NCBI RefSeq assembly: GCF_030144855.1
Contig: NC_082718.1
Coordinates: 95,790,001-95,854,000, forward strand
Reading direction: 5' to 3'
Length of the DNA: 64,000 nt
DNA from: Hypanus sabinus
Taxonomy: Eukaryota
A model generated the notes under the pieces. That model was given only the letters and a program-made list of their open reading frames with translations. It made no database searches and was not told the origin of the DNA. A program made the position numbers and the translations under genes. The first letter of the stretch is position 1, and each line of letters begins with the position of its first letter. Below, one piece after another: positions 1 to 10,242 of the stretch.

Positions 1-102
1 TGTCTGCATGTTTTTAATGCATTGAGTTGCCCCCCACGTGCTTGGCAGATTAGATATTTGCATTAACAACCGTGTACACCAAATAAAGTGGCCACTGATT
101 GT
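1..102. mobile_element. Terminal fragment of a Tc1-like DNA transposon, truncated by the window edge
   Basis: Ends in 'aataaagtggccactgattgta', resembling the reverse complement of the common fish Tc1 end TA-CACTCAGTGGCCACTTTATT. Confidence 0.55.
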
Positions 103-1224
103 ATTTTAAGCAGCTGCAAAATATTGTGCACTAACATGAACTCTTGAAATCTGACAGAGGTTAGATTAATAGCTCTGAAATATATACAGTATTTAACGCA
201 TGTACTTCTCTACCACTACAGCTCCAAACACAACTCATCACAGCTATCACTCAACTTCACCCCAGCTGTAGAATTGATTAATCGTATTTACATTTTACTG
301 AGATATCTAAGGCCAAACTCTTTTTTTATAATACAAAGTTCACACATGATAATTAATACTGATCGATTCCAAAGGTATCATCTGTGAACGAACTGGTGCA
401 TCTACATCTGTGAATTCCTGATTTGTCATAAATGCCCACAAAAGAATTTTGATGAGGAAGAATGCTTGTCTTATCAGCACATTGCAAGTTCTTATTCTCA
501 TGTACATTCTGGCCTTGAGTTTGTCTCAAGTATTTGTCAATGATTCTTTTCCAGAAGCTTTAGTCTAGTCTGTTTGTAAAGCTTGTTGGTTTATTGTAAG
601 CTCAGCTAAGACTTTTGGCCAGCAACATTTCTACTAGTACAAGTTCAAAAAGGATCTGTAATACAGTTCAATATATCTAGTTCCACCGCCCCCCCCCCCC
701 CCGTAGTTCCTTTGCCTCAGTCTTTAAACGTTTGTCACAAACCTAGCCCCCATATCAATTTGTTTACTCATTAGACTTGCTCTATCTCCCCTTCGCCCAA
801 ACCCATTAAAATGTCTGATTGTTAAAGACTGGAAATGGAAACTACTCAGGCTTGTGCTGACCTTCAATAAGATCAAGGCTAACCTCATATCCCAGGCTCA
901 CTTTTCTGCCTAGACCCATACCTCGATTCCTTTGGTGTTCAAAATCATACTCAGCCTCAGATATTTCAAGATTGCCCACCCATTTTCAGGGAGGTAGAAA
1001 TCCCAATATTTTACAAGCCTGTATGTAAAAAGCAAACATTCTCTCCACAGTCTGAAATAACTGACACTTTCTTCTGAGATCATGTTCATTAGAGAAAATC
1101 CAGTGGAGGAACCCACTCTTAGCATCTATCCTTTAAAATCCATTTCAGAACCTTGACTTGATTACCAATATAGCATTGTACAAGGATCTGTAACATATGG
1201 ATATACAATTGTACAATATATTAG

Positions 1225-1362
1225 CAAACACGAGGAAATCTGCAGATGCTGGAAATTCAAACAACACACACAAAATGCTGGTGGAACACAGCAGGCCAGG
1301 CAGCATCTACAAGGAGAAGCACTGTCGATGTTTTGGGCCGAGACCCCTCGTCAGGTTGTGTG
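1225..1362 (-). mobile_element. Non-autonomous Penelope pLTR insertion with a decayed hammerhead core
   Basis: Near-identical to the pLTR at 7799-7930 and 9620-9720. Minus strand reads CTGACGA-GGGGTCTCGGCCC-AAAACATCGAC. Flanked by an imperfect TSD, ttgtacaata(ta)ttag (1209-1224 and 1363-1376). Confidence 0.75.
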
Positions 1363-1484
1363 TTGTACAATATTAGTTTTTTTCCCCCCTGCTTCAGTTC
1401 TCAATCCACAAGAGATCTTTGAAAAAACTCAAATGCTGGACAGCCATGGATCATGAACTAGTTTAGGAATTAGCTAACACTTGC

Positions 1485-1490
1485 TTTATT
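1485..1490 (-). terminator. ISCU: Candidate ISCU polyadenylation signal AATAAA
   Basis: tttatt on the plus strand, about 345 nt downstream of the ISCU stop codon. Confidence 0.5.
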
Positions 1491-1833
1491 GAAATCCAAG
1501 CAAAACTTGCTGAGTCAATAAAATGGTATTTGAACATGGATGCACATCATACAAGACCATTATACAACTAATTTGGTTTATACCAGCATTTATACTTCTA
1601 AAAGTTCAGCACTCTCAAAATAATTTTCTGCACTCCATAAAATTAAGGCACAAATAGAATATCACAGATAAGAATCAATTTAATATATTTATGGCTTACG
1701 GTCCCTTTTACAGAAAAAAACTAGTGTATTCTTAACGTTTGAAATTCTGCTGCAGAACTATACAGCATCATTGGTTAGGCCATTGTTAACAGGTGCTGAA
1801 AACCATGTGATTTTGAGTTTCCAGTAAGATCTT

Positions 1834-1895
1834 TCACTTTTGTTGTTTCACTTTATAGTCAGCTAGTGCAGCTTTAATCGCATCTTCTGCCAACA
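1834..1895 (-). CDS. ISCU: ISCU exon 5 (last coding exon): (M)LAEDAIKAALADYKVKQQK*
   Basis: Polypyrimidine tract and cag acceptor, phase matches exon 4, TGA at 1836-1834, conserved IscU C-terminal helix. Confidence 0.96.
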
Positions 1896-3117
1896 CTGAA
1901 ACAAAAAAAAAGACATTTAAGTGTGCAGCTTCAATTTAAACATTTACTTGAAGAAATTAGCTCAATGAAACTGCTTTCCACAGCCCTCAATTCTAACTTG
2001 GGGGTTTTTGAAGTAAAGCCAATACTGGAACAATGGCAGAATGCCAGGTTAACAAATTTTACGTTACATGCCAATGATAATAAACCTGATTCTGATGGCG
2101 TCTAACTGAAAAGGAGCTAAATGAGAAGTTGCAAAGTGTGAAAATCAAAAGGCTGCTTTATATTTAAGTACAAGGAAAAAAAAATTGCACTGAATAGTTA
2201 GTCAATGTCAAAGTGCTGAGGTAGTCCTTGAATATACCAGTTACTGATAAGTGTCAGCACCAATATTTAATATTCATAGGAACACTACGGTTGAATGAAA
2301 TGCAAACCTAGTATTATAATTATACAGCCTTAAACCATTTTCTCCTCACATTAATATATTATATGCTCAAAATACTAATTTTAATAACATTAAATAACAC
2401 TGCCAAGTTCAAATGAACCTCTGAAAAGGTACATACAAAAGACATCTGTAAAAGTGCAATTTAAAGCTGCTGAATTTCTAATAAAAACCATTAAGTTATT
2501 CTTCAGTGGCTGCATTGGTTTCTGTTAAATCCCAAGGTTTCAGTCTTGTACTCATTTGATAAAACTTCCCAATCCTCCCACTTTTTTTATATTGAAATGT
2601 TTATATCGTTAACACCTAGTTTAACCTCTTCCTATAGTGCTTATCTGTCGTCAACTAAGCTTATGTCAGTTTGGTGATGGAACAAGTTTCTCCTGCAGCA
2701 CAAAATCTACTGGTTGAACAAAGAAAGCAAGATCCTTTATTACACCATGCTGATGTATCTGAAATGTTACAGAACTAGAAGTTGGTCATTGGCTCCTTAT
2801 GCTGATTCTGCCTTTAAGGTCATGGCTGATCTAATGCCAGAAGTCTACTCCCTGCTCTAATGCCACATCCCAAACCCAAAAATACAGCAGATGCTTAAAA
2901 CCTATTAAGATATTTCTGTTCATCTCAGTACTAAATGGCTGATCTCTTAACCTGAGATTATGCCTTCTAATTAAAGGATGCTGTTTCTGCAACCCCACCC
3001 TCCCCGCATTTTACTGTGATTAAAATGATTTCTTTTCAGAATCTGCACAGAATTGCTTCTTGCTCCCATAAAGTCTACAAGTCAGTAAGCTTGCCATGCT
3101 ATGAAACACAGACTTAC

Positions 3118-3196
3118 TTGAGCAATGCAGTTTCACTGGAGGAAGGCACAGCTCCTTAGCAATATCTGTGTTCTTAATCTTTGAGGCTTCATCCAC
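3118..3196 (-). CDS. ISCU: ISCU exon 4: VDEASKIKNTDIAKELCLPPVKLHCS
   Basis: LPPVK Hsp70/HscA-binding motif and the third cluster-ligating Cys; ag/gt boundaries; 79 nt. Confidence 0.97.
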
Positions 3197-3758
3197 CTGT
3201 AATTAAGTGAAGGCCAGTGACTGTTTCTTCAAACCAGGCATGATCATGAGGCACAAATAATACTACCATATGAATTTAAAAAACTGCAAAAGAAACACCT
3301 GAAAATTTGAGACTCCATGCAACTCCAAGGTAAAAAAAAGGCAGAATCTTAATCTGCAGGACTGAATTTTCAGATAAAGTAAATTATCGCTCCCTACCAT
3401 GATACAGAAGCACCTTACTCTTTCCATTTTAGTTTTCAGAAGTTTCTCTAATTGACCAAATGACAAACTACCAATTTTTCAGGAATTGCCTTCTATGATA
3501 CTGCTGTATTTTTCTACATTGCACTCAGGTGGCTCAATTTCATGAAACCCCCTTTCCGACCATGGCACAGAGCCTCAATCATCTAACAAGCTGCATGGAT
3601 TGCTGGATAAAGAACAGGAGGGAGGAAACATGTAAATATTCCGTTGAAATAAAACCAGTAACTTTAGGCATTTGGAAATCTCAGTGAACTTTGGGGCTTT
3701 AAAACAAAGATATTTTGTTGGGGTATTCCACACAGGATTTGAAAAATTATAGCTTTAC

Positions 3759-3869
3759 CGTTTTTCCTTTCACCCACTCCGTTGCCAGGGAGCTGGAGGC
3801 AATTGCAGATCCACATCCAAAGGTTTTAAATCTCGCATCAATAATTTTTCCATCACCGTCCACTTCAAT
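3759..3869 (-). CDS. ISCU: ISCU exon 3: [37 protein letters not shown]
   Basis: [12 protein letters not shown] motif; 111 nt; ag/gt boundaries. Confidence 0.97.
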
Positions 3870-4245
3870 CTTAGAAGAGAAAATAAATGAGTGACTTTAA
3901 AACTTTGCCTTCATTGAGGTACAGCTCAGTCACAATTCTTGAGGGGTATTAACTCGGAATAATTGCAGCAAGCACTCACACGTGCAATGCAGGGAAGATG
4001 ACTGAGAAATAAAACCAGTTGGTGAACTTGTTTTGCAAACTGCTGTTCTTCCCCCCCCCCCCCCCCAGCGCCCCAACATATATTCTTTCTCAAGTCAATT
4101 TAATAGTTTAAAAAACCTCTGGAAGGCCTTCACCATTTTCTGACCACTGGCTGGGGGAGAAAAGATTCCTAGATTAGGAAATGTCATTTAAAAAAAAAAA
4201 TTTTTTACACAAAGAGGGCAGAACTCCAGATCAGTTACATTACAT

Positions 4246-4312
4246 CAGAGGTTCTCAACCTGGGAGCCACAGACCCATCTGTTAATGGCATAAAAAAGGT
4301 TGGGAGCCCCTG
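4246..4312. mobile_element. Tiny hAT/Charlie-type MITE
   Basis: TIRs cagaggttctcaacc / ggttgggagcccctg; related copies at about 11940-12011, 49690-49745 and 50139-50189. Confidence 0.55.
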
Positions 4313-4618
4313 CATGAGATTAAGTAGCATTGCAGACTGCACCAGTTGCACAGTGTTTAAAGTGCTGTATGACACTGGTTATCAGATACCAACAGTAACT
4401 GTCTAGGTTCACCTGTCCAGTTTAAATATAACTTTATTCTTATACAAACTGTACACTTTCTAGTAGAATCGATTGGGAAGCAAATCATAAGCAGAATTTG
4501 GGGTTATTTATAACAACACTGAGGTCAACTGTTATATCTCAACACTGAGCAAAGTCAGGACAACTCAGTTAAGAAACACCCTGTGAAGTTGCCCCCTTGT
4601 ACATGAAAACAAGTTTAC

Positions 4619-4732
4619 CTGCAGCTTCATGACATCACCACAAGCAGGGGCACCAACCAGGCCAGTCCCCACATTTTTTGCATTCTTATCCAAAGAACCA
4701 ACATTCCTGGGATTCTCATAGTGATCCACTAC
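4619..4732 (-). CDS. ISCU: ISCU exon 2: VVDHYENPRNVGSLDKNAKNVGTGLVGAPACGDVMKLQ
   Basis: DHYENPRNVG and PACGD IscU motifs; 114 nt; ag/gt boundaries. Confidence 0.97.
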
Positions 4733-4980
4733 CTACAAGATACGGGAGGAGGGGAAAAAAGTTAAAAATTCCACCAATGCATCCAGTTATTCTAGTCACT
4801 GATTTCCTGTACGTTAACAGACCTAAACTGTTAAGTCACCAAGCAACTTTATTAAAGAATTGCAAAGATATATGCAAAAATATAAATTATTCCACATGAT
4901 ACTAATATCACAAATTTCTCCAACAGAGATAAATCCACTACTATTTTCACCCTCAGTTTTAAAGTGATAAATTTAAACAT

Positions 4981-5192
4981 TGTGGTGAACTATGTGCCTG
5001 TCGGGACACGCCCCTGCTGACTGCTCCTGTGGCTCCTCCCACAGGCCCCTGTATAAAGGAGACCTGCGGCCTGACGCTCGGCCTCAGTCTCCAGGACCTT
5101 GTATGATAGACACTCACTCCTGGTTCCTTCTTCCAGTCAATAAAAGCCGATATCTCGCCTACGTCTCAGTGTGAGTTATTGATGGTGCATCA
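4981..5192 (+). mobile_element. Solo LTR (212 bp) in ISCU intron 1
   Basis: TG...CA ends, perfect 5-bp TSD AACAT (4976-4980 and 5193-5197), TATAAA at 5052-5057, AATAAA at 5139-5144. Confidence 0.85.
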
Positions 5193-5575
5193 AACATGAA
5201 GGTACATAGTTTGTGAAAACTCCGATGTCCTATGGTTTTCTGATACAATGATCAATGACTCTGCACTTCTGTTAAGATGACCATGCTGCAAGGAAACTGG
5301 TCATCACCCCATCGCCTATTTCATCTATGACCTTATGTTCTTGCTGCCATTCACTCACGGCCCGTGACTCCATTCGCTTCACTACTTTCCCATGTTACAC
5401 AAGGCACTAAAACACTCAGGTCGGGGGCGGGGGGGGAGGATTATTATGATTTAATGCCACCAGCTGAGCCACTGACTCTCCTGCAGAACCTCCATCACCC
5501 ACGGTCACGCAGACGAGATACAACCGCCGGCCGCCATCAGGGAGCGCGCCCCCCACCCCACCCCACCCCACCCAC

Positions 5576-5671
5576 CTTTTCGTGGTAAGCCGCCGAGAGG
5601 GGGGCTCGAACATCCGGCGCCAGGCGCAGCAACCGCCGGGACACACGGCTCGCCATCGCCGCGGCCATCAT
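5576..5671 (-). CDS. ISCU: ISCU exon 1, mitochondrial presequence: MMAAAMASRVSRRLLRLAPDVRAPLSAAYHEK
   Basis: Arg/Ala/Leu-rich leader ending YHEK, then a gt donor; in frame with exon 2; lies in CpG-rich sequence. Confidence 0.92.
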
Positions 5672-5688
5672 CGCTCGCTCAGGTAAAC

Positions 5689-5763
5689 TGCGTCACCCGT
5701 CCAGTTCACCTGACGTCAGACATCAATCACCCTCCGGACCCGCCTCCCTGCGCCGTGACGTCA
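5689..5763. promoter_or_regulatory. ISCU CpG-rich promoter with two full CRE sites and one half site
   Basis: TGACGTCA at 5711-5718 and 5756-5763, TGCGTCA at 5689-5695, immediately upstream of the ATG. Confidence 0.7.
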
Positions 5764-5854
5764 GCGCGGCCGTCGCCGTGGTCGCACGCTCCCGACTGGA
5801 CTGCCGGAGTCTAGACGGTTCTTCGAAGAGTTGCGCTTCACCCTTTAACATACC

Positions 5855-6717
5855 AGACATCCCGCCCTGCAAAAACTCTTTTCAGGGAGGTGGCACCATC
5901 AGTTTGCGGGAGAGGTGGGGTGTCTGCAGTTAGCAAATAACGTTAGCTATGCTAATGAACGAATGACACCTGTTAAACTCACCTCAACATGTCTTTTACA
6001 TTTTAACCCACCATGGGCAATAGAAAAGTCGCTGTTGCACAGGGTCATATTACATCATATGAAAATGTTGAATAAATGGTCTCCATAACTTTTCAAATTT
6101 AATAGGTCTCAAAAGTACCACTTCTAATTTTTTCTAAATTTAAACATAACATAGTTTGAGAGAACCAATTAAATATAGTGGGAGGATCAATTTCTTTCCA
6201 ATTCAACAATATAGATCTTCTAGCCATCAGAGTTAGAAATGCAATCATTCGACGGGCTGAAGAAGATAAATGCTGTGAATCTAACATTGGTAAACCAAAA
6301 ATTGCGGTAATAGGATGAGGTTGTAAATCAATATTCAAAACCGCAGAAATAATATCAAAAATATCTTTCCAATATTTCTCCAAAAACGAACACGACCAAA
6401 ACATGTGAGTTAAAGACGCAATTTCAGAATGACAACTATCACAAATAGGACTTATATGAGAGTAAAAATGAGCTAATTTATCCTTGGACATATGGGCCCT
6501 GTTGCAAACAGTGCAGCCAGCAACTCTGTCATTATTTTTGACCCCTGTTAGGCAGGGGTGTACTTTAGTGTAGTCTGGGGTAAAGCACGTTTTATATTTT
6601 TTTTGAAACACTCTTGCCATCCATCCCCCTCCCTCTGATTTCCGGGATATTGTATATAATTTGCCGCGATCAATATGCGGGAGATTCCCACAACTTCCAG
6701 GAGAGGTGCAATGTCTC
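5855..6717. mobile_element. Probable non-autonomous DNA transposon (hAT-like), interrupted by an L1 fragment
   Basis: Begins cagacatcccgcc; inverted-related ends gaggtggggtgtctg (about 5913-5927) and gaggtgcaatgtct (about 6703-6716). Confidence 0.4.
6040..6498 (-). mobile_element. L1/Tx1-clade LINE ORF2 C-terminal fragment
   Basis: Translates to ICDSCHSEIASLTHMFWSC (L1 CCHC zinc knuckle) ... ARRSILLNWK ... LEKIR; flanked by the 8-bp direct repeat ctgttgca (6032-6039 and 6499-6506). Confidence 0.8.
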
Positions 6718-7119
6718 GACATACCATGGCAGTACGAGGTCCCTCGACCAAAATGAACTCCCAAGAACCTCGAAAGTGAGGGATCTTGTTGAAACAAAAA
6801 GTCTTGTTCGGAGTTTGCGGCTTCAGAGTGGTGGGGAACTTGCACAACGGTCACTTAGAAAACGTTCTGGAAGTGGATCTTTTGGGAGAATTGCGGGGGA
6901 ATCCCCAGTGCCTCTGCTGAGTGCAGAGCATTCTTACTAAGGAAGATAACAGAAAGCGAAACACTGGTTATCTATGTGTTCCAAATGCATGTTTTTGACC
7001 TGGATGCCTCCTAAGTAACGTAGAAGAGAGAAAAAAAACATTGATACCAGGGTATACTTGTGATAGGAAAAAGCTAAGTGAAGACAAGGCCAGGAATGTA
7101 TTTTTCATTGGCACATGTT

Positions 7120-7700
7120 AGAGCTACACAGAAAACCCACAGCACAACACAGGCCCTTCGGCCCACAAAGCTGTGCCGAACGTGTCCTTACCTTAGGAAT
7201 TACCTAGGGTTACCCATAACCCTCTATTTTTCTAAGCTCAATCTACCTATCCAAAAGTCTCTTAAAAAACCCTATCGTATCCGCCTCCACCACCGTTGCT
7301 GGCAGCCTATTCCACACACTCACCACTCTCTGAGTAAAAAACTTACCCCTGGCATCTCCTCTGTACCTACTTCCAAGCACCTTAAAACTATGCCCTCTCA
7401 TGGTAGCCATTTCAGCCCTGGGAAAAAGCCTCTGACTATCCACACGATCAGTGCCTCTTATCATCTTATACATCTCTATCAGGTCAACTCTCATCCTCTG
7501 TCGCTCCAAGGAGAAAAGGCTGAGTTCACTCAACCTATTCTCATAAGGCATGCTCCCCAATCCAGGCAACATCCTTGTAAATCTCCTCTGCACCCTTTCT
7601 ATGGCTTCCACATCCTTCCTGTAGTGAGGTGGCCAGAACTGAGTGCAGTACTCCAAGTGGGGTCTGACCAGGGTCCTATATAGGACCGGATACATTACCT
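7120..7700 (-). mobile_element. CR1-clade (HER1-like) LINE 3' end
   Basis: ORF 7243-7713 LYRTLVRPHLEYC..FWPPHYRKDVEAIERVQRRFTRMLPG is a typical CR1 RT C-terminus; CR1 3' tail present. Confidence 0.9.
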
Positions 7701-7894
7701 CTCGGCTATGCACAGAGTAATGATGATTACGGAGAGTAGGTAGAGCGGCTGGTAGAATGGTGTGAGCACAACAACGTGAGCAAGACCAAAGAGATTATAC
7801 ACGAGGAAATCTGCAGATGCTGGAAATTCAAACAACAACACACAAAATGCTGGTGGAACACAGCAGGCCAGGCAGCATCTATGGGGAGAAGCGC

Positions 7895-7930
7895 TGTTGA
7901 CATTTCGGGCCGAGGCCCTTCGTCAGGACT
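7895..7930 (-). ncRNA. Minimal type-I hammerhead ribozyme motif in the inverted pLTR
   Basis: Minus strand AGTC-CTGACGA-A-GGGCCTCGGCCC-GAAA-TGTC-AACA. Confidence 0.6.
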
Positions 7931-9037
7931 AACCGAAAGGAAAGATAGTAAGAGATTTGAAAGGAGTGGCAATGGGTGTGGAGTAGAAGATCGTAAGTGG
8001 TGGCTTTTACCTATACAGAACTTCTGGTGCCTTCACCCTGCTTCAGTACTTAGTATGGGACTATTGAGCTTGCTGTTTTGCAGCTCAACACCTCGTTCAG
8101 AAAAAATCAGGCAGCTTCAGGCTAATCAGAGGATGTCGTTTACCAGAGACAGCAATAATCTTCTCAGCAGTCCTCACAGTCTTACGTAGGGACTGGTGGT
8201 CAGGGGCCTTGCGACTCCGGCACCAGGGAATTCCCGCATGCAGTGGTGCTCCTGTAAAAACTGGTTAGGATGGGGTGGGGGTGGAGGAGAGCCTCACTTG
8301 CCTCAATCTCCTCAGGAGATGGAGATGGAGATGCTGCTCTGCTTCAGGTAAATTTGAGGGCAGGGTGAAAGTTGGAGGCAAAGTTAATGAAGTACTTGGT
8401 CCATTTCCGACACCTCCCTCCCCTTTCTTGATCTTTCAGTCTCCATCTCTGGAGACGGCCTATCTACTGATATCTACTATAAGCCTACAGACTCTCACAG
8501 CCACCTGGACTATTCCTCTTCCCACCCTGTCTCTTGCAAAAAGGCTATCCCCTTCTCACAATTCCTCCGTCTCCACCGCATCTGCTCTCAGGATGAGGCT
8601 TTTCATTCCAGGATGAAGGAGATGTCTTTCTTTTTTAAACAAAGGGGCTTCCCTTCGTCTACCATCAACTCTGCTCTCAAACGCATCTCTCCCATTTCCT
8701 GCACATCTGCCCTCGCCCCATCCACCTGCCACCCCATCCAGGATAGGGTTCCCCTGTCCTTACCTACCACCCCACCAGCCTCCAGATCCAACGTATAATT
8801 CTCCGTAATTTCCGCCACCTCCAACGGGATCCCACTACCGAACACATTTTTCCCTCCCCCCCCCTTTCTGCTTTTCACAGGGATTGCTCCCTACGTGACT
8901 CCCTTGTCCACTCGTCCCCCCCATCCCTTCCCACCGATCTCCCTCCTGGCACTTATCCTTGTAAACGGAACAAGTGCTACACCTGCCCTTACACTTCCTC
9001 CTTCACCACCATTCAGGGCCCCAGACAGTCCTTCCAG

Positions 9038-9364
9038 GTGAGGCGACACTTCACCTGTGAGTCGGCTGGTGTGGTATACTGCGTCCGGTGCTCCCGGTGT
9101 GGCCTTTTATATATTGGTGAGACCCGACGCAGACTGGGAGACCGTTTCGCTGAACACCAATGCTCGGTCTGCCAGAGAAAGCAGGATCTCCCAGTGGCCA
9201 CACATTTTAATTCCACATCCCATTCCCATTCTGATATGTCTATCCATGGCCTCCTCTATTGTCAAAATGAATCCAAACTCAGGTTGGGGGAACAACACCT
9301 TATGTACCGGCTGGGTAGCTTCCAACCTGATGGAATGAACATTGACTTCTCTAACTTCCGTTAA
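9038..9364 (+). pseudogene. Penelope GIY-YIG endonuclease coding remnant
   Basis: VVY..C..C...YIGET.R.L..RF.EH signature and LGSFQPDGMNIDF terminus; upstream RT is frameshifted and truncated. Confidence 0.85.
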
Positions 9365-9621
9365 TGCTCCTCCTCCCCTTCTTACCCCATCCCTGACATA
9401 TTTACTTGTTTGCCTGTTCTCCATCACCCTCTGGTGCTCCCCCCACTTTCTCCCGAGGCCTCCCGTCCCATGATCCTTTCCCTTCTCCAGCTCTGTATCA
9501 CTTTCGCCAATCACCTTTCCAGCTCTTAGCTTCATCCCACCCCCTCCGGTCTTCACCTATCATTTCGCATTTCCCCCTTCCCCCTCTACTTTCAAATCTC
9601 TTACTACCTTTCCTTTCGGTT

Positions 9622-9657
9622 AGTCCTGACGAAGGGCCTCGGCCCGAAATGTCAACA
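9622..9657 (+). ncRNA. Minimal type-I hammerhead ribozyme motif in the Penelope 3' pLTR
   Basis: CTGACGA at 9626-9632, stem II GGGCC/GGCCC (9634-9645), GAAA at 9646-9649, GTC triplet at 9651-9653. Confidence 0.65.
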
Positions 9658-9722
9658 GCGCTTCTCCCTATAGATGCTGCCTGGCCTGCTGTGTTCCACC
9701 AGCATTTTGTGTGTGTTGTTGT

Positions 9723-10070
9723 CCAAAGAGATTATTGTGGGTCTTTAGGAAGATGCAGGCTGCCCACTCCAATGCACAAAAGAAATGGCTCCTCAGCACC
9801 TCAATCCTGGGAGCGCACATACACGGATGATCTCACCTGGTCGCTCAACATCTCCTCTTCGATTAAAAAAAGCAGAGCAGCATCTCCATCCCCTGAGGAG
9901 ATCGAGGCAAAAGCGAGGCTCTCCTCCACCCCCACCCCATCCTAACCAGTTTTTACAGGAGCACCACTGCATGCAGGAATTCCCTGGTGCCGGAGTCGCA
10001 AGGCCCCTGACCACCAGTCCCTACGTAAGACTGTGAGGACTGCTGAGAGGATTATTGCTGTCTCTAGTAA
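9723..10070 (+). mobile_element. Degenerate Rex1/Babar-like LINE fragment, host of the Penelope insertion (5' part at about 7700-7798)
   Basis: Joined across the TSD it reads like WC..N..NVSKTKEIIV.FR..; followed by DDLTWSLNISS..KKAEQ.L. Confidence 0.6.
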
Positions 10071-10242
10071 ACGACATCCTCTGATTAGCCCGAAGCTGCC
10101 CGCTTTTTTCTGAACGAGGTTTTGAGCTGCAAAACAGCAAGCTCAATAGTCCCATACTAAGTACTGAAGCAGGGTGAAGGCACCAGAAGTTCTGTATAGG
10201 TAAAAGCCACCACTTACGATCTTCTATTCCACACCCATTGCC
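9871..10242. repeat. Inverted duplication partner of 7968-8343 (about 375 bp)
   Basis: Reverse complement matches 7968-8343 with few differences; also visible as near-identical ORF translations (7776-8189+ and 10021-10422-). Confidence 0.92.

Larger units (their letters stand above)
7799..9722 (+). mobile_element. 5'-truncated Penelope-like retroelement with GIY-YIG endonuclease, 3' pLTR and inverted 5' pLTR
   Basis: ORF 9038-9364 (FTCESAGVVYCVRCSRCGLLYIGETRRRLGDRFAEH...) is a Penelope GIY-YIG domain; RT thumb remnant from 8394 (TWSISDTSLPFLD); 13-bp TSD ccaaagagattat at 7786-7798 and 9723-9735. Confidence 0.88.

Noticed and set aside
1491-1833. miR-210 seed site known from mammalian ISCU 3' UTRs
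   Set aside because: I did not see the seed match (plus-strand TGTGCG) in the predicted UTR. The true UTR end is unknown, so no claim is made either way.
3870-3872. AAG splice acceptors (ISCU exon 3; also SART3 exon 19 at 50763-50765)
   Set aside because: Less common than YAG but still ordinary GT-AG introns, and reading frames are preserved.
6099-6854. 251-aa ORF on the minus strand
   Set aside because: Chance fusion. The C-terminal part is an L1 ORF2 fragment, and the N-terminal part reads through non-coding transposon DNA across the 6499-6506 junction.
7078-7683. 201-aa ORF on the plus strand
   Set aside because: Antisense shadow of the CR1 RT fragment.
9038-9364. GIY-YIG ORF as a stand-alone or domesticated nuclease gene
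   Set aside because: It sits inside a truncated, TSD-bounded Penelope copy with a broken RT and no evident promoter or ATG start.
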